The translations under genes were made by a program, and so were the position numbers. Shown here piece after piece: positions 42,161-57,107 of a stretch of 64,000 nt of DNA. The DNA is taken from assembly GCF_009914755.1 (NCBI RefSeq), contig NC_060928.1; one strand, given 5' to 3'. A model generated the notes under the pieces. The model had not been told where the DNA came from. It saw only the letters and a program-made list of their open reading frames with translations, and ran no database searches. How positions within the stretch are numbered: position 1 is the first letter of the stretch; every line of letters begins with the position of its first letter. This stretch comes from the human T2T-CHM13v2.0 reference genome, Homo sapiens.

Positions 42161-42374
42161 TAGGGTTGCCTGATTTAGCAAACAAACAAACAAAAAAAAC
42201 TCCTCAAAACAAAACAAAACATTCAGTTAAATTTCAATTTCAGATAAACAACAATTTTTGGGGGGGATAAGTATAACCCTGACATTAGAGGGGACATACT
42301 TATACTAAGAAAATTATTTTGTATCTGAGATTCAAATTTTACTACATGTCCCATAATTTTATCTGACAACACTA
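42161..42374. mobile_element. MER53 palindromic hAT MITE
   Basis: TAGGGTTGCC...GACAACACTA termini, internal palindrome, imperfect 8-bp TSD TCTCTAAG/TCTCCAGG. Confidence 0.8.
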
Positions 42375-42447
42375 TCTCCAGGTAAAGGACCTCCGCAGAA
42401 TTCTTTCTCACAGCTGGGGTTCAGTGTACAATAAAAAATTAATGGAG

Positions 42448-42768
<321 letters not shown>

Positions 42769-43820
42769 TTAGTACTTAAAAAATGGTAGTGCTTGCCCCA
42801 ATGAATGTTGATTTCTCTCCTGTCTTTTCTACATTATCATTTAACTTTGCATATATGAGACAGATTTTTTTTGCCAGACCCTGCAAAAGATCCAGAACTC
42901 ACTCTTTCAAGGAAATTAAAATCTATGTTGGCAGAAGAGAGAAATTTTTTTTTTTGCTAAAATGTTACATGCTATAAAACTACTTCAGATTTATAATTTG
43001 GTACTTCAAAAATATGACTTTTAAGGAACCCACTTATAACTGTTTTGTCTTCTTAAAACGAGACATTAGAGGGCACATAGGGACTTCAAAATAGAGAGGT
43101 GTACAATGCCCTCAGTTTCCCATGCAGTTTGTTGGCTGTTAGGGTGCATTCCAGCACTTCTTCAACCACCCAAAGCTGGCTGGTCAGACAGAGATGTGGC
43201 CTTTACTGTATTACGTGTCAAATTAATCTCAGTAGCTTTTAAGACACAGTGAGGAAAGTGTACTATGTGTTGTTGGGAAATTCCTCCCCTCTTAATGTTG
43301 AAAATGATGTAGGCAACAAGTGGATTTTTAAAAAATATTTAATGTATGGTAAGTCCATGCAATGGATACTATATAGCCATTTAAAAACCACATTTTCAAA
43401 GAAATTTTAATGACAAAGTAATATTCTCACTGGATTTCAAGTAAAAAAAGCAGGATACAAAACTGTATAGGTAGTTTGATCCCAGTTCTATATACATATA
43501 TCTGTGGTGTGTATGTGTACAATTTGAATAAAAAACTGAAATATTTCAAGGTGAATTATTAGTTATCTTTATATGGTAAGATTCTAAGACAGTTTTGGCT
43601 TACTTATTTTACCCGTACCTGAAACATTTCCATGCAAAGCAATAGCATCTTTGGCACTGGAAAACCTTCTTCAAAAAGCATATTTCAATGATATTACATG
43701 CTATTGGCATGTGACCATTTCTGAAGCATTTCTAAAACAAGAGAATCCCTTTCTGAGATGTATGTCTACTAAGAAATGTGTGGAGAACATTTTGTAGCCA
43801 GAATGTGACTGCTAATGGTA

Positions 43821-43865
43821 TTAGGTTAGTGAAAAGTAATTGTGGTTTTTGCCATTACTTCCAAT
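43821..43865 (+). mobile_element. Half MADE1 (Hsmar1 TIR-derived MITE)
   Basis: TA-TTAGGTTAGTGAAAAGTAATTGTGGTTTTTGCCATTACTT. Confidence 0.8.
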
Positions 43866-44421
43866 ATATAATATTAAGAATATGTAGGATGCACTAAGAC
43901 ACTATGCAAAATGTCTTATTACATTCTCTTATTAGGTCCTAATTACACCCAATATGATAGCTATCATCTCTATTCTCCACACAAGGAAACTGAGGCTCAC
44001 ATAGGAACCTGCCTGCACTCACCTAGACAACACTATACATAGCTAGTGTTCTGTCCAAAGCTCCTACCCTCAACTTGTATTGCCAGTCATAAGACTGAGC
44101 CTGGCTCACTCTCTCTACAGAAATCACTTTGGTGCTTACAGTCTAAAAGTAAGGTCTCTTGGTGCAGGTCTCTGTTGTGCTTATTTGGGGATGGCAAAAC
44201 TTAAGAGGCAAAAGAACCCAGGAGAAACCTACATTTACTTTTGGACTTAGGTGAGTTGATAAAGTTGACCTAATGATGAATTAGAAGGTAACTTACTGCA
44301 GTAGCAAGCCAAAAGACAATGCTAGATTAATGTAAGACAAAACAGTATATGAATTAATATATAAATTTGGAGACATATATGAGTTGAATCACATCTTTGT
44401 AGACCTATCATCCACAGAGAG

Positions 44422-44748
44422 CAGGAGCCAGCATATGTCTTTTGTAAAGGACCAGACAATGAATATTTTAACCTTTGTAGGTCATACTGTCTCTGTTTTA
44501 GCCACTCAATTCTGCAGCACAAAAACAGCCATAAGCAATACATATATAAATGAGCTTGGCTGTCTTCCAACAAAACTATTTATAGGCACTGAAGTTTCTA
44601 TTTCATATACTTTTCATGTGGCAAAAATATTTTACGTTTGATTTTTAAAAACCATTTAAAAATGTAAAAAACCATTCTTAGTTCACAGGCTGTAAAAAAT
44701 AGGTGGTGGGCTGGATTTGGCCCACGGGCTATAGTTTGCCAACTTCTG
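44422..44748 (+). mobile_element. MER58B-like hAT-Charlie element
   Basis: CAGG...GGATTTGGCCCACGGGCTATAGTTTGCCAACTTCTG terminus. Confidence 0.75.
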
Positions 44749-45118
44749 CTATAGAGCAAACACAGATATAAGAGAATGCTTTCTGACAGAAATGCTAGTT
44801 CCAATTCTGGATGGCTGCCTAACAGGATATTATTAATGAGGCTGATCCTGGCAGAAAGAGGGCAGCAAAGTATACAGCTCTATAGGACACAAGTTTCCTA
44901 ACCTACTGGGAAACAATGTACATGTTTCCTTCAGTGGGCTGAGGTACCTACTGCCCAATAGTTGCCTAATCTCAAAAACTGGAAAGGAAAGTAACCAATT
45001 AAGGCAACCATATTTACATACTTCTTTGATTGACTAGCTTTGGAGGCAAGTCTTTTTCCAATAATGGAGGGCTCGGTAGAAAACAAATATAGCATCTTTG
45101 GTGAGAAAAGTCACTTAC

Positions 45119-45205
45119 CATGTGTACATTCTGGGGTAATATCTTCAAAGAAGTACTGAGTTGCTTCAAAAGCAGAATCTGGTTCATCTTGATCAGAGGA
45201 TGGCT
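45119..45205 (-). CDS. TBC1D9: TBC1D9 coding exon, 87 nt ((E)PSSDQDEPDSAFEATQYFFEDITPECTH)
   Basis: Pyrimidine tract plus ccctAG acceptor, ATG|GTAAGT donor, open frame. Confidence 0.93.
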
Positions 45206-45977
45206 CTAGGGAGGGGAGGAAACATAGTTCTCATATTGGTAGGGCCATGATCCAGTGAAAGTATGCTTAATTATTAAATAAAATGACATAAGTGGGGATG
45301 AAAAGCTAAAGTTACAAAGGTGGGATGGGGCCTTGAGTGCCTACTGTCTCTAAACCTTAGTGGAGGAGGTCACTAACTCCATCTAACTCCACCTTCCCTT
45401 TTAACAACCCCACACCAAAGTGTTCCTTCATATTTTCTGTGTTATGGAGAATTTTCCAAGTTGTATGGAATAATGCTATATTAACAAAATTTTAGGAAAC
45501 TGTACGCTATAAAGAGAATTCCCAAATCTAGTTTTATCCTACCTCTATTGTTCGTGCCAATCTCATCTCATTTTTAAAAGTATTTGCTAGATAGATCCCA
45601 GCTGGTACCAACCTTGTTTAAAATTGAAAAAACCTCACCATTTTCCCCACTTGTTCCTGTCAATGTTCCTACGCTCCTTTTCTCTCTCACAATCCTTGTA
45701 TCCCAGGTGTTACCAAGTGCTATTTATTCTTTCTTTTGCAGATGCCTGCCTGCTCTTTTCTGTTACCACAACTCACTCTTCACACAGGTAAATGACTATA
45801 CAATCAAGTGCATGCTGATTCAAGAACTTATGGAAATTGTCATTGTTCAGTTAGTTCTTAGTGACTCATGAATGATGGTGTATATCAAAAAGAGGACGAT
45901 CAGGTTACACCTAAAAAAGAGACTTCAAGCCAGGTCATGGTTACAGACACATGTACTGCTCCATGTAGCTCACTCAC

Positions 45978-46043
45978 CAGGCAAGACGTGCATTTTGTAC
46001 AGGAGTTTGAGCTTCTCTGTGAGGTCCCCATGGCATGCAGCAC
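45978..46043 (-). CDS. TBC1D9: TBC1D9 coding exon, 66 nt ((S)AACHGDLTEKLKLLYKMHVLP)
   Basis: cttctAG acceptor, CTG|GTGAGT donor, open frame. Confidence 0.93.
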
Positions 46044-47865
46044 CTAGAAGTCACATAAGTACCAATGTGAAATGCATCACATGTGCTAATAAACTCCAGG
46101 CCTAGTGTTCCTCTAAAAAGTCTACTTCATACACATTCCAACCAAGACATTGTGTGGTGAAAGGCCTGGCCAGGACCTGTTTGGGTTAACAGCTCAGGAA
46201 CCAGGATGGTTGGTTTCAAATCCTCTGCATGTACTACATACTGTTGGGAGAGTTAAACCCTCTGTACCTCGGTTTCCCCTCTGTAAGGTGAGATGATAAT
46301 AGAAGATTCTACCAGTGATCTTGATGTCAGGACTCCATGAAATGTCAGAACTAAAAGTGTTAAAACATATAAAGCACCTAGAATAGTGCCTGGCACCTAA
46401 TAAAATAGCTTTATTAATGAGAAAGGTCATGTGATTGGGGCACAACATCTTAAATAACTATTAGAGTTCAGAAATAATTTCAAGATGTGTTTTGATATCA
46501 CTTCAAATTACTCATTCTAGTAATCCTTTTTAATTGTTTTTGAGCTCCTAAGTATTTCCTTAATTTATCTGAACCTATTGGTCATTATATCACCATAGCT
46601 TCAATCGGAAGAATCCTGTTGCTTTTCCCCTCAAAGTCCATATTTATTGCTAGAACCAGAAAATCCTTTGTAAATATATATTCTGAGAGCACCTAAAGAT
46701 AAATGAGATTTGGAAAAAGAAGAAAAATAGGAATCATAGAATCTGGGTTGGAAGGGACCTTACGGGTTATCTTGTCTGACCTTCCACTTAATGTAGGATC
46801 TCCTCTCACACACCCCAGTGAGACAGGACTCCAGCATCTGCTGAAACATTCTCAAAGATGGGGAACTCAATACAACCAGAGGCATTTCATTCCAAGCTGT
46901 ATTCTTTAAATACTGAAAGTTCTTCTGTAATTTTTAGTCTAATGACCCTTAAAACCTGTAGTCTCAACTTTATGAAGTCCGTGAACCCCTCAAAATGCAA
47001 AATTTTATTTATGTTCATATGTTACTTTGGGGAAAGAAAATGTCCATAGTCTTTATCAGATCTCAAAGAGTCCATGACTCAAAAATGGTTTAGAACTACT
47101 CCTCTTTCTCTTATCCCACTCTTTAAAGCAAAACAGAATGGGTGTCTCAACTCTTCCACACAACAATCCTTCAGATTTTAAGAACAGCTGTCCTGTCTTC
47201 CTCAAGCTTATCTTTTTGGGCCAACTTTATCTTCTCAGATTAGATCTTTCCAATTTTTTCAATTTTCTCATATGATGTGATTTGTTTATCCTTCCCTATT
47301 ATTATCCACATCTACCTTATATGTTAATTTCTCAATCAATATCCCTCTGGAATGAGTTCAGAAGCCTCTTGACCACTCCAGGAAATAGGGGAACTGTTCC
47401 TGACTCTTCCATTAGTATAGCCTAAGTGTGAATTCAACTGTTCACACTCTCACAGTGGAGTTTCTTAATGATCACATGGTTAACTAAACTCCCGGATGTT
47501 TGCATGATTAATAAAACTAATCATGAAAATAATGACGGACATTAACCACCCACTCTGTGTTAAGCCCTGTGCCAATTACTTCATATGTATAATCCCACTT
47601 ATATCTCATAACAATTCTATAAAATGGGCACAATTATTACTCCTATTTTACAGATAAGAAAAATTGGGCTTATTGAGGTTAAGTAATTTGTTCAAGGTCA
47701 TAAGTGACAGGTCCAGGATTTGCACCTGGATTTGTCTGACTCTAGATTCCATGCTGGAAACCACTATTATACTACATGCAGACATCCTAGGTAGTTCTTT
47801 AACAATTATTTCTTTAAAAGTAGAACTTATATTTATCCTTATCAATTTTTTTTCACCAATCATTT

Positions 47866-48356
47866 TGTAACAGTGAAACAGCAAAAGAACCAACATAACT
47901 AATTCAAGTTTTGTTTAAGGGACCTTTACCTGCATGTAGGCTAGGATAATTTTAGAGCACTAAGATAATATGCAAAAACAGCAATCATGTAGTTTTAAAA
48001 ATTAACTCTGATATTGAAGGAGAAGTATGCAAAAAACCGTTTTGTTAAAGATCCATGGTAGCATTATAACCTGACTGAAGACAAAGAAGTTCCCAACCTT
48101 CTCGGACCCCTGCTGGTGCCCAGATATCTGCGTTGTCTGTCACCTCTTGATCCCAACTGCTTCTCATTCCCCTTCCCTTAACACAAAAAGAGCCTAAAAT
48201 CTGTACTGACATAAGATGGTAGTTTAGGATGTTAGTCTGCCATTTTCGTGATTTGCTGGCTCTCAGAATAAACCTGGTTTTCTTCCCACCCAAGAAACTC
48301 TTGTCTCTTGAGTTTGTTTTTCGAGTGGTGAGCAGCCAAACCTGGGTTCAGTTATA
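47866..48356 (+). mobile_element. ERV1 solo LTR (family uncertain), antisense in a TBC1D9 intron
   Basis: TGTAAC...GTTA(C>T)A termini, 4-bp TSD ATTT at 47862-65 and 48357-60, AATAAA at 48267-72. Confidence 0.7.
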
Positions 48357-48832
48357 ATTTCTGCCTATCATAATTTTTAAAAACCTACTTTTGTCACCTA
48401 ACATACCCTTGGCTATCTCTTCTACCTTCATGTGGCCCCACCCATTCAGTAAGTGTACTCTGCCTTCATGGTTCAAGGTGTCCGCTGAGTCCAGTAGGGG
48501 AGAATGAGTAATAATCATAGTGACAATCATAACCAACATTTTTTTGAGCCAGACACACTTCTAGAACTTTACTTGAATTGTTTCATTTAGTTTTGATGGT
48601 TAACTCTATCGTGCAAATAAGGATGCAACTGCAAAGAGTCCAAATACTGGGTCCAAGGGTACTAGTGAATGCTCTCTCAGTTGAAATGAACTTATTGCCC
48701 ATCACACTTTTGGGTGCAGTGTTCAGCCAGTTACACAATCACCAATTTCCATATACTTTCACCTTTTCCATTGGTAATGAATTATTTATCCAATGACCGG
48801 CTGCATCACAACTCATTATGCTATGTTTATAA

Positions 48833-49573
<741 letters not shown>

Positions 49574-51626
49574 CATTCTTTAGTTTCTTTAAACACAGAC
49601 AGAATTTCTCATTTCTGCTTGACTTTCCCATCTCCATAACTATAACTGACCAATGTAACTGACAACAGCTCTGCAACCACATCTGAGAGTTCTCCCACTA
49701 ATCTGGGGTATAGTTTACTTTGCCCAGGAACTCAACTGCATTTTGAAGTCTAAATATTCTTTTCCAGTGTTTTCTCTATGCTGGACTTCAAGACTCTTTT
49801 TCCTTCTTGAAGATTTTCAAAAGCATTCTCCTTACTGGAGTTGACTGAATTTAAGTAAATTAAATATTTTTGTTTATTTCTGTCACTTTCTACATGTAGA
49901 ACCCGTCTCTTTTTTCTCCTCTTTATTTTTGCCCAAAGGTTTTTTTTTTTTTTAAATATCTCTTTTGATGGATACCTATATGACAAGCAGTAATTACCCT
50001 GGAAGTAAAGAAGATTAGCATAGCATCAAAGGGGTCTTTAGTGTTATCTGATTTGTGCCACTTTTTAAAAAAGCAGACTGTACTTATATATCACTTGTGT
50101 AACTAAAAATTAATACTGCCTCCTTCTTCCTAAAAAATGCCCTTTTGTTATCCTCAGTACAGAGTAGTGAGAAAAGGATAAGCTTTCAGGACAGATAGCC
50201 ATTGTTCGAATCCTGGGTCTAGCATGTATTAGCTGTGCCTCTCATTTCAGTTCAATAACAGATATTTATTGGTTTGCTAAAAACTAATGTTCCAACAAGT
50301 TACTTTAACTTTTCTGAGCTTCTATTTCTTTAGCTAAATATGGAGATAATAGTAGCAAGCAGGTAGGTAACGAAGCATAAGAGTAACAGCACAAACTGTG
50401 CCTCTTGAGTACGTGGAATCAAACACAAACTTTATACTTGCATGCCCTTAGACAAATTAAATGCATGTGAATTGTGCACATAAAAAGCATTAGGGCAATG
50501 CCAGGCATGCAGTAAATGCTGTATAAATGTCAGTTATCACTATCATTATTACACCTAAGAGCTGTTGTTTAGATTAATATAGTAAAAGTTCTAAAGTATC
50601 ACAACAGTATCTGCACTCTAAATAAATGCGAGTTCTCCCATGTCCCCTCTTTTAAGCGTATAGATGAGTGCTTTATACAATTTTTGTTTTAACCTCAACG
50701 GACCTTACCTACATATATCCCTTCCCTTTTTAAAAAACCATCAGCTTCCTCTGGCCTTTATGTCTTCTAGATATAACTCTCACAGATTAAAGACGTTCTT
50801 TAGAAATGCTGGCTCTATGCCTGACATTTTCTCTTTCCTTGGGTACTTCTTTTTAAAGCATATGGCCCAAGGTCATAGAGTAGCACAATTAGAATTTTAA
50901 AAAAATTGTTCTTACCTCATTCTGGCATAATGCCTGCTATACTCTCAACCTTACGTCAAGTGGGCCAGGCTCCACTACCATGAAGCTTTTGTGCCCAGTT
51001 ATAAAAAGAACAAGAGTCCAAAAAGGCAGTCATATGCAGGGCAGTGAGCAAACCAGACAGGGAGCTGGTAGGTAGCTGCCCTCATGCTGTGGTGAGGTGT
51101 GGGGTGAGGCTGGGCCTGCTCCTGCTGGAAGGTTCCTCCTCCCAGCAAAAGGGAGAGAAAAGACTTCCATTTAGGCCGCAGGGCTGCTGTGATGCTCCTT
51201 TATTAAAAACATTTCATAATGTTTTATGAAAGTATGAAATTACATATAAAATTTACTATGAAATAGATGTTTTATGCAATTATATATAATATATTCAATA
51301 AAATATTCTATTTTTTTTTGTCAAATAGTAGTAATCCACCAACCCAAACATTTGTCTCTTGTAAAACTATCTCGTCTGTGGTTTCAGTGTTTATGTTGGC
51401 ATTTCATTGTCTTGTGAATTCTCTAATAATGTACTTTTAACTAGTGTTGAGGGCTGTCTGATGTAGAGGCAACGATTTATCCATATACTATGTTCATGAA
51501 AAACACATTTTATAATCAGTTTGCAAACCTCCCCTTGTGCTTCTGTAGCCCTGAGGGCAGCATGGGCAACACTAGGCACAACTCCATCATCCCATCCCAA
51601 CTCATGCAATAGTACCACGTCCTTAC

Positions 51627-51867
51627 TTAGCCCAGAGACAAACTCCCGGAAGTTAATCAAAGAGTCTCCATTTTCATCTAATAACTGGAACAAGCGGGAG
51701 GCCAGAACGTCAGAGTGAGTTCCACATGCCCAAGGAAAGAGAAGAGCAAACATTCCCTTGAACTGCTCGAAGTCAATGCGATACTGTTCCAGGTAGGGCA
51801 GGCTGGGGTCATGCCGGTCCAGCGCGTTGCTGCTCCCGCCCCAGTAGCAGCTGGTGAGATGTTCTGC
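51627..51867 (-). CDS. TBC1D9: TBC1D9 coding exon, 241 nt, encoding the EF-hand loop DENGDSLINFREF
   Basis: tttttcAG acceptor, CTAA|GTAAG donor; AEHLTSCYWGG...LFQLLDENGDSLINFREFVSGL. Confidence 0.95.
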
Positions 51868-52875
51868 CTGAAAAAGAATGGATGATCACTGGGGACCCTC
51901 TTTTGCAGCAAATACCAGAAAGAAAACGCCCATCCTCCAGTTTGGAAAGGGCTTTAGGTGAATCTGTGTGCATCCCCTGGGGCAGGGCTGTGGCCTCAGG
52001 GCCCCCTTGGTCTCTTAGTTCTACATACACCTCCACTTGTCCAGCCCTTCACTGCCTCCACACCAACCACTTCTGCAGTTTACATCTGGAAGGTCTGCTT
52101 CAATTACTGGGTGTAGGTGAAGAAAGAAAGGGAACTCTCCCCCACCACATTCTCTTCCCCCTTACCTACACACTCGCATACATTTTAGAACTAACTCCCA
52201 TAAAGAGAAAGAAATTTTTTAGCTTAAATAGAATGCTACTTGAAAAAGATAGGAATTTAGGTAATGTGACCGCCTTGTTTTCTAGGTGACAATGGTAAAA
52301 TCCAGACTTTATGTGGCTCATATGAGGTTAACCAACCAGTTAAAGCAGAATCATGATGAGATTTTGTGTTTCTTAACTCCCGCTTTAATGTCCCATGTAT
52401 CATACATAACCCCCTGCTTCCCTGCTCACCAAAATCACATAAATAAGATCACAGTCACACAGTATTCAACCTACAAGTGTGTGGTCATCCAATTTCACAC
52501 ATCTGTGAATAGCTCTAGAAAAATTATCAGCGTAGGAACCACTCCGGCGAGCAGAATAGAGATCCAGACCCAGCAAAGGGCTTCCTGTTGCTGGCCTTGG
52601 AAAAAAGGCAGCCTCTTTATTCATGAGGTCATGGTGACTCTGGTAGAAATATCCACTCCTTTTAGGAAGACCACACAAAAAAGCATGCGCTAGAAAGTTC
52701 TGAAAGAACACCCTCAACCCCACACAGGCATTTATAGTTAACTCTGGGTGGCAGGTGGGGGAGAAAGGAGGAGCATAAAAAGGAGGACTTCGTTTTTACT
52801 TTTTCCATATTGTATTGTCTGAATATTTCACTATAAGCACGAATAAATATGGTAATAGAAAAAAAAAACACCTTT

Positions 52876-53191
52876 GGCCAGGTGCAGTGGCTCATTCCTA
52901 TATTCCCAGCACTTTGGGAGGCCAGGCGAGAGGATCACCTGAGCCCAGGAATTAGAGAACAGCCTGGGCAACATACTGAGACCCTGTCTCTATGAAAAAA
53001 AGTTTAAAAAGTAGCTGGGCATGGTGGCACATGCCTGTAGTCCCAGCTACTTGGGAGGCTGAGGTGGGAGAATAGTTTGAGCCCAGGAGGTCAAGTCTGC
53101 AGTGACCCGGGATGGTGCCACTGCACTGTAGCCTGGGTGACAGAGTGAGACCCTGTCTTAAAAAAATAAAACTAAAAAAGAAGAAAGAAAA
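52876..53191 (+). mobile_element. AluJ
   Basis: Diverged dimer. Confidence 0.85.
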
Positions 53192-54082
53192 ATTACTTTT
53201 GAAAATCCTTCTCTTTTCCCTAGGGTTTCTGAAAAAGAGGAGAGTCAATTGTGAGTATGTTATATTTCTATTTTGCTCTCCCTTAGAAAAGGAGCAAAGA
53301 AGATCAATGTCTTCTCACAATTGTTTATTGGGAATTGTAGTGAAAAAGCTAAAAAGAGGAGTGGGAGTAGGGAAGAGAGGAGGAAGGAGAGGTGGTGAGC
53401 AGAACCAGTCAGGTTTTTTGCAAGGCGACCTTGAGAGAATAAAGGAAACTGTGTCAAAGTTCCGTGGGCTTTGGGACTGCATTCCTGGGACTGCATTCCT
53501 GGCTGCAGGGTGGAGGCGGGTGTGTCAGTGGCAGGGAGGCAGAAGCTGAGGTCAGAGTGGCCTGCTGGGTTGAGCTGTACTCTGAACGAGCATGAGTGGA
53601 GCCCAGCAGCCCTCTGTGGGCAGCATGGTGTTGGGGATATATTCCGGGAGGGAACCCCTTAACCTGAGCTACATCGGTTGACAAAGGTTACCCAAAGCAT
53701 TTCCTCCTAAGCACCCCAAGTTGCTCTGAACCTGGCCTGAACATGGGTGCAGGCACTTTCATGGTGCTCACAACCATTAGGATAAAACATGCCCTTCAGA
53801 TCATCTCCCTTGTTCCTTGCTGAGAGCCCACAGACCATCATTTGGGGACTATGGGCCCAGAGATTGAAACAGAAGGGCTAATTTGGAAAGAGTTCAAGAG
53901 AAACCAGGGCAAAGGGCCCCTGAACCACATTTTCCATGAAATCTGCCTTAAGGTGCATTCTTTAACCTTTTCTCCTCAAGTTCTATCCAAAAGTCTGTGC
54001 AGTAAGCTCCTTGGGAGGAGGACTACATCATTCCTTTGTATCTCCAGAAAAATACCCAGAAATCGACTTCCTTAAAAAAAAA

Positions 54083-54366
54083 ATTTAAGAGACAGGGTCT
54101 CACTCTGTTGCCCAGGCTGGAGTGCAGTGGTGTGATCCTGGCTCACTGCAGTCTCGACCTCCTGGGCTCAAACGATCCTCCTACGTCAGCCTCTGGGCTA
54201 CAAATATATGCTACCATGCCTGGCTAATGTAAAAAATATATATTTTTTAGTGATGGGTCTTGCTATGTTGCCCAGGCTGGTCTAGAACTCCTGGGCTCCA
54301 GCACTCCACCCTCCCACCTCAGCTTCCCAAGTACCTGGGATTACAGATGTGAGCTACTGCACCTGT
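54083..54366 (-). mobile_element. AluJ
   Basis: Diverged dimer. Confidence 0.82.
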
Positions 54367-54747
54367 CTCTAGAAATTGGCTTTTTAAAGTACTAAGAAGT
54401 CTGGCAGGGTAACTAACACATAGTGATGACTTAATAAATGTTTGAGAAGATGAATGAGAGCCAATTGAAGTGTTGCAATGATTCCATGAAGTGTCCATAA
54501 CTGAAGTTTTATATTGGATTCTTTAGTAGAAGAGACTCTGTCCCACCTGACACCAACCGAGTCTCAGGTTCTTCTGGGTCCTCAATACAGCTGAGGAACC
54601 TGTGTTTTCAACACACCCTTAGGGCAGGGTTTTGAGTATAAGAAAAGTGCTTTCCTCAGCATATTCTCAGGGTTCAAATGACACGGCTGTTATCTGAAGG
54701 TACACAGACCAGAGAGCGCAGCAGTGCCCAGGTTAAGATGTGGTTTC

Positions 54748-55065
<318 letters not shown>

Positions 55066-56070
55066 CTACCAGATCCAGGACTTCTGTACAGCCAGCCCCG
55101 GTCCTCCTTCTTTTGCTTTCCCCGAGTCAGCCTCCTCTGTCCGCTGTCACAGTCCTTTCTCTTACCTGTCCATGCTCTTGCTGCCTCCAGCTGCTACTTC
55201 CACTTCGTTTAGCTCCCCCCAGAATCCTGGCCCTGCCCCCATGCCCTGAGAACGTTTCTTCTGGTCCTCAGCATCCCTTAAAAACCTGATCTGAATTGCA
55301 TCATTGTTTTCTCCTGCCTTACGGATCTCCAACTTACACTATGTGGAACAATTAGCTACAGGTGCTTAACATGTACGAATAAAATATTCATGAGCTGGCA
55401 CACCACAGAGACTGCACCCTCAAGTGCCGGATGCAGGCTGGCAGGGGTGCCACTGTCCACTCTGTTGATAATGCTGATGCTGCACCAAGCGCACCACCAA
55501 CCAGCCTGGACACCCGGAGTGCCTCCATCTTTCTGGGCTTCGGTTTCCTCGTCAGAAAAATGCAGGGACTGTGTTATATTGAGAACTAATCACTAATTTA
55601 TCTATTAATTCAACACACATGTTTGGAACACCTACAAAGGCAGAGACTCTAGTATTAGTACTAGTGCACTTTACCAGGCACTAGTGACACCAACATAAAT
55701 AAAACAGTGGTGCCCTCCAGTGGTGAACAGGCAGTGGGCGACATCAGCAAGGGCAGTCCTAAGCAACCACATTTTCTGACTGTAAGACGTAGAATACCAG
55801 TGTTCTAGTTTTTATGTTCGTTTCTATTTCCTCCTGTACTATCTTTGCAATTCTCAAAACAGCCAAATTTAGTTCTGATGGTAATTAGAAATTGTGATGA
55901 AATTGGCACCTGCATAAAAGGCATATTTTAAACTTTTTTTCCTGTTGATTATCACATTTTAACCTCTGATGCTGATGATACCTATGACAAAAATATTTTT
56001 TTCCAAACGAAAAAATTGTACTTTGCTTTATTTATGACCATAATACTTTCTTATTAAGAATCAAGATTGG

Positions 56071-56322
56071 GGCCAGGTGTGGTGGCTCACACCTGTAATC
56101 CCAGCACTTTGGGAGGTCGAGGTGGAGGTCAGGAGTTCAAGACCAGCCTGGCCAACATGGTGAAACCCCATCTCTACTAAAAAAAAAGAAAAAAAAAAAG
56201 AAAAAAGAAAAATATAAAAGTTAGCCGGGTGTGGTGGTGTGCGCCTGTAATCCCAGCTGTACCTGGGCAACAGAGTGAGAGCAAGACTCCGTCTCAAAAA
56301 AGAATAAAAATAAAAAAATAAA
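56071..56322 (+). mobile_element. AluS with most of the right arm deleted
   Basis: TCCCAGCT joined via GTA to CCTGGGCAACAGAG; AAGATTGG flanks. Confidence 0.85.
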
Positions 56323-56764
56323 GATTGGTAGGGGCTGAATTAGGAAAGGAAAATCACAGAAATTTAACCAATTATGCTTTTCCTTGGGCACTTAAACAAC
56401 TTTATTCTAACTACATAAGGGTGTTTTTATAGCTTAACATAGGCAATCACAATTTGCAATAATTCAAGCAGAACTTAAACTTGATCACCATTGTTTTTAA
56501 TAAGTATTATGAAGCAATAACCTATTTTTTTAGGTTCAAGTAAACAACTAGAATATTATATGGAGTGCAAGGTAACTAAAACATCAACTTAAATTGGTTA
56601 TAAGAATGTTTATTTTCATATTAAGTACTACAGTTTTGTACTCTCAGCTCTAGCTTCCTATTTATATTATCCCTTAATTTAACAGAAAAATCAAGAACTA
56701 ACTGAATTATTAAGGTGAACTCCTTTACTCCTTTGAATGGGCATGAATTTACCTTGCAACTCAC

Positions 56765-56833
56765 CTTGAAAAGAGCATAAAGTTCTTCCAGCTCATCAAT
56801 GGTAAAGGAAGTTTCTGTCACAATGGTTCGTAC
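56765..56833 (-). CDS. TBC1D9: TBC1D9 coding exon, 69 nt (VRTIVTETSFTIDELEELYALFK)
   Basis: tttatAG acceptor, AAG|GTGAG donor, phase 0-0. Confidence 0.93.
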
Positions 56834-57008
56834 CTATAAAAATATTAAGCAAAATGAATTTCACAAACTCAAAAAGTGCCATGCTGGGAAAATCCCTAAT
56901 TTTTCCCTTTCAAATTGTTTTCAGTTCTGTCAGGCAGGAATCCACAGCCAGCAGGAGTGTGAAGAAGGAAGATGACAGAGGTTGCCTGCTACTTCTTAAA
57001 GGACTTAC

Positions 57009-57107
57009 CACGTTGCGTTTCGTAGTATCCTCCAGCGTCTGGATCACTTTCAGTCTCTGTTTGAATCTCATCTGTTCAATCAAATCTGCCCGGATAGTTC
57101 CGAATTT
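57009..57107 (-). CDS. TBC1D9: TBC1D9 coding exon, 99 nt (KFGTIRADLIEQMRFKQRLKVIQTLEDTTKRNV)
   Basis: tttacAG acceptor, GTG|GTAAGT donor, phase 0-0; further upstream exons lie outside the window. Confidence 0.94.
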
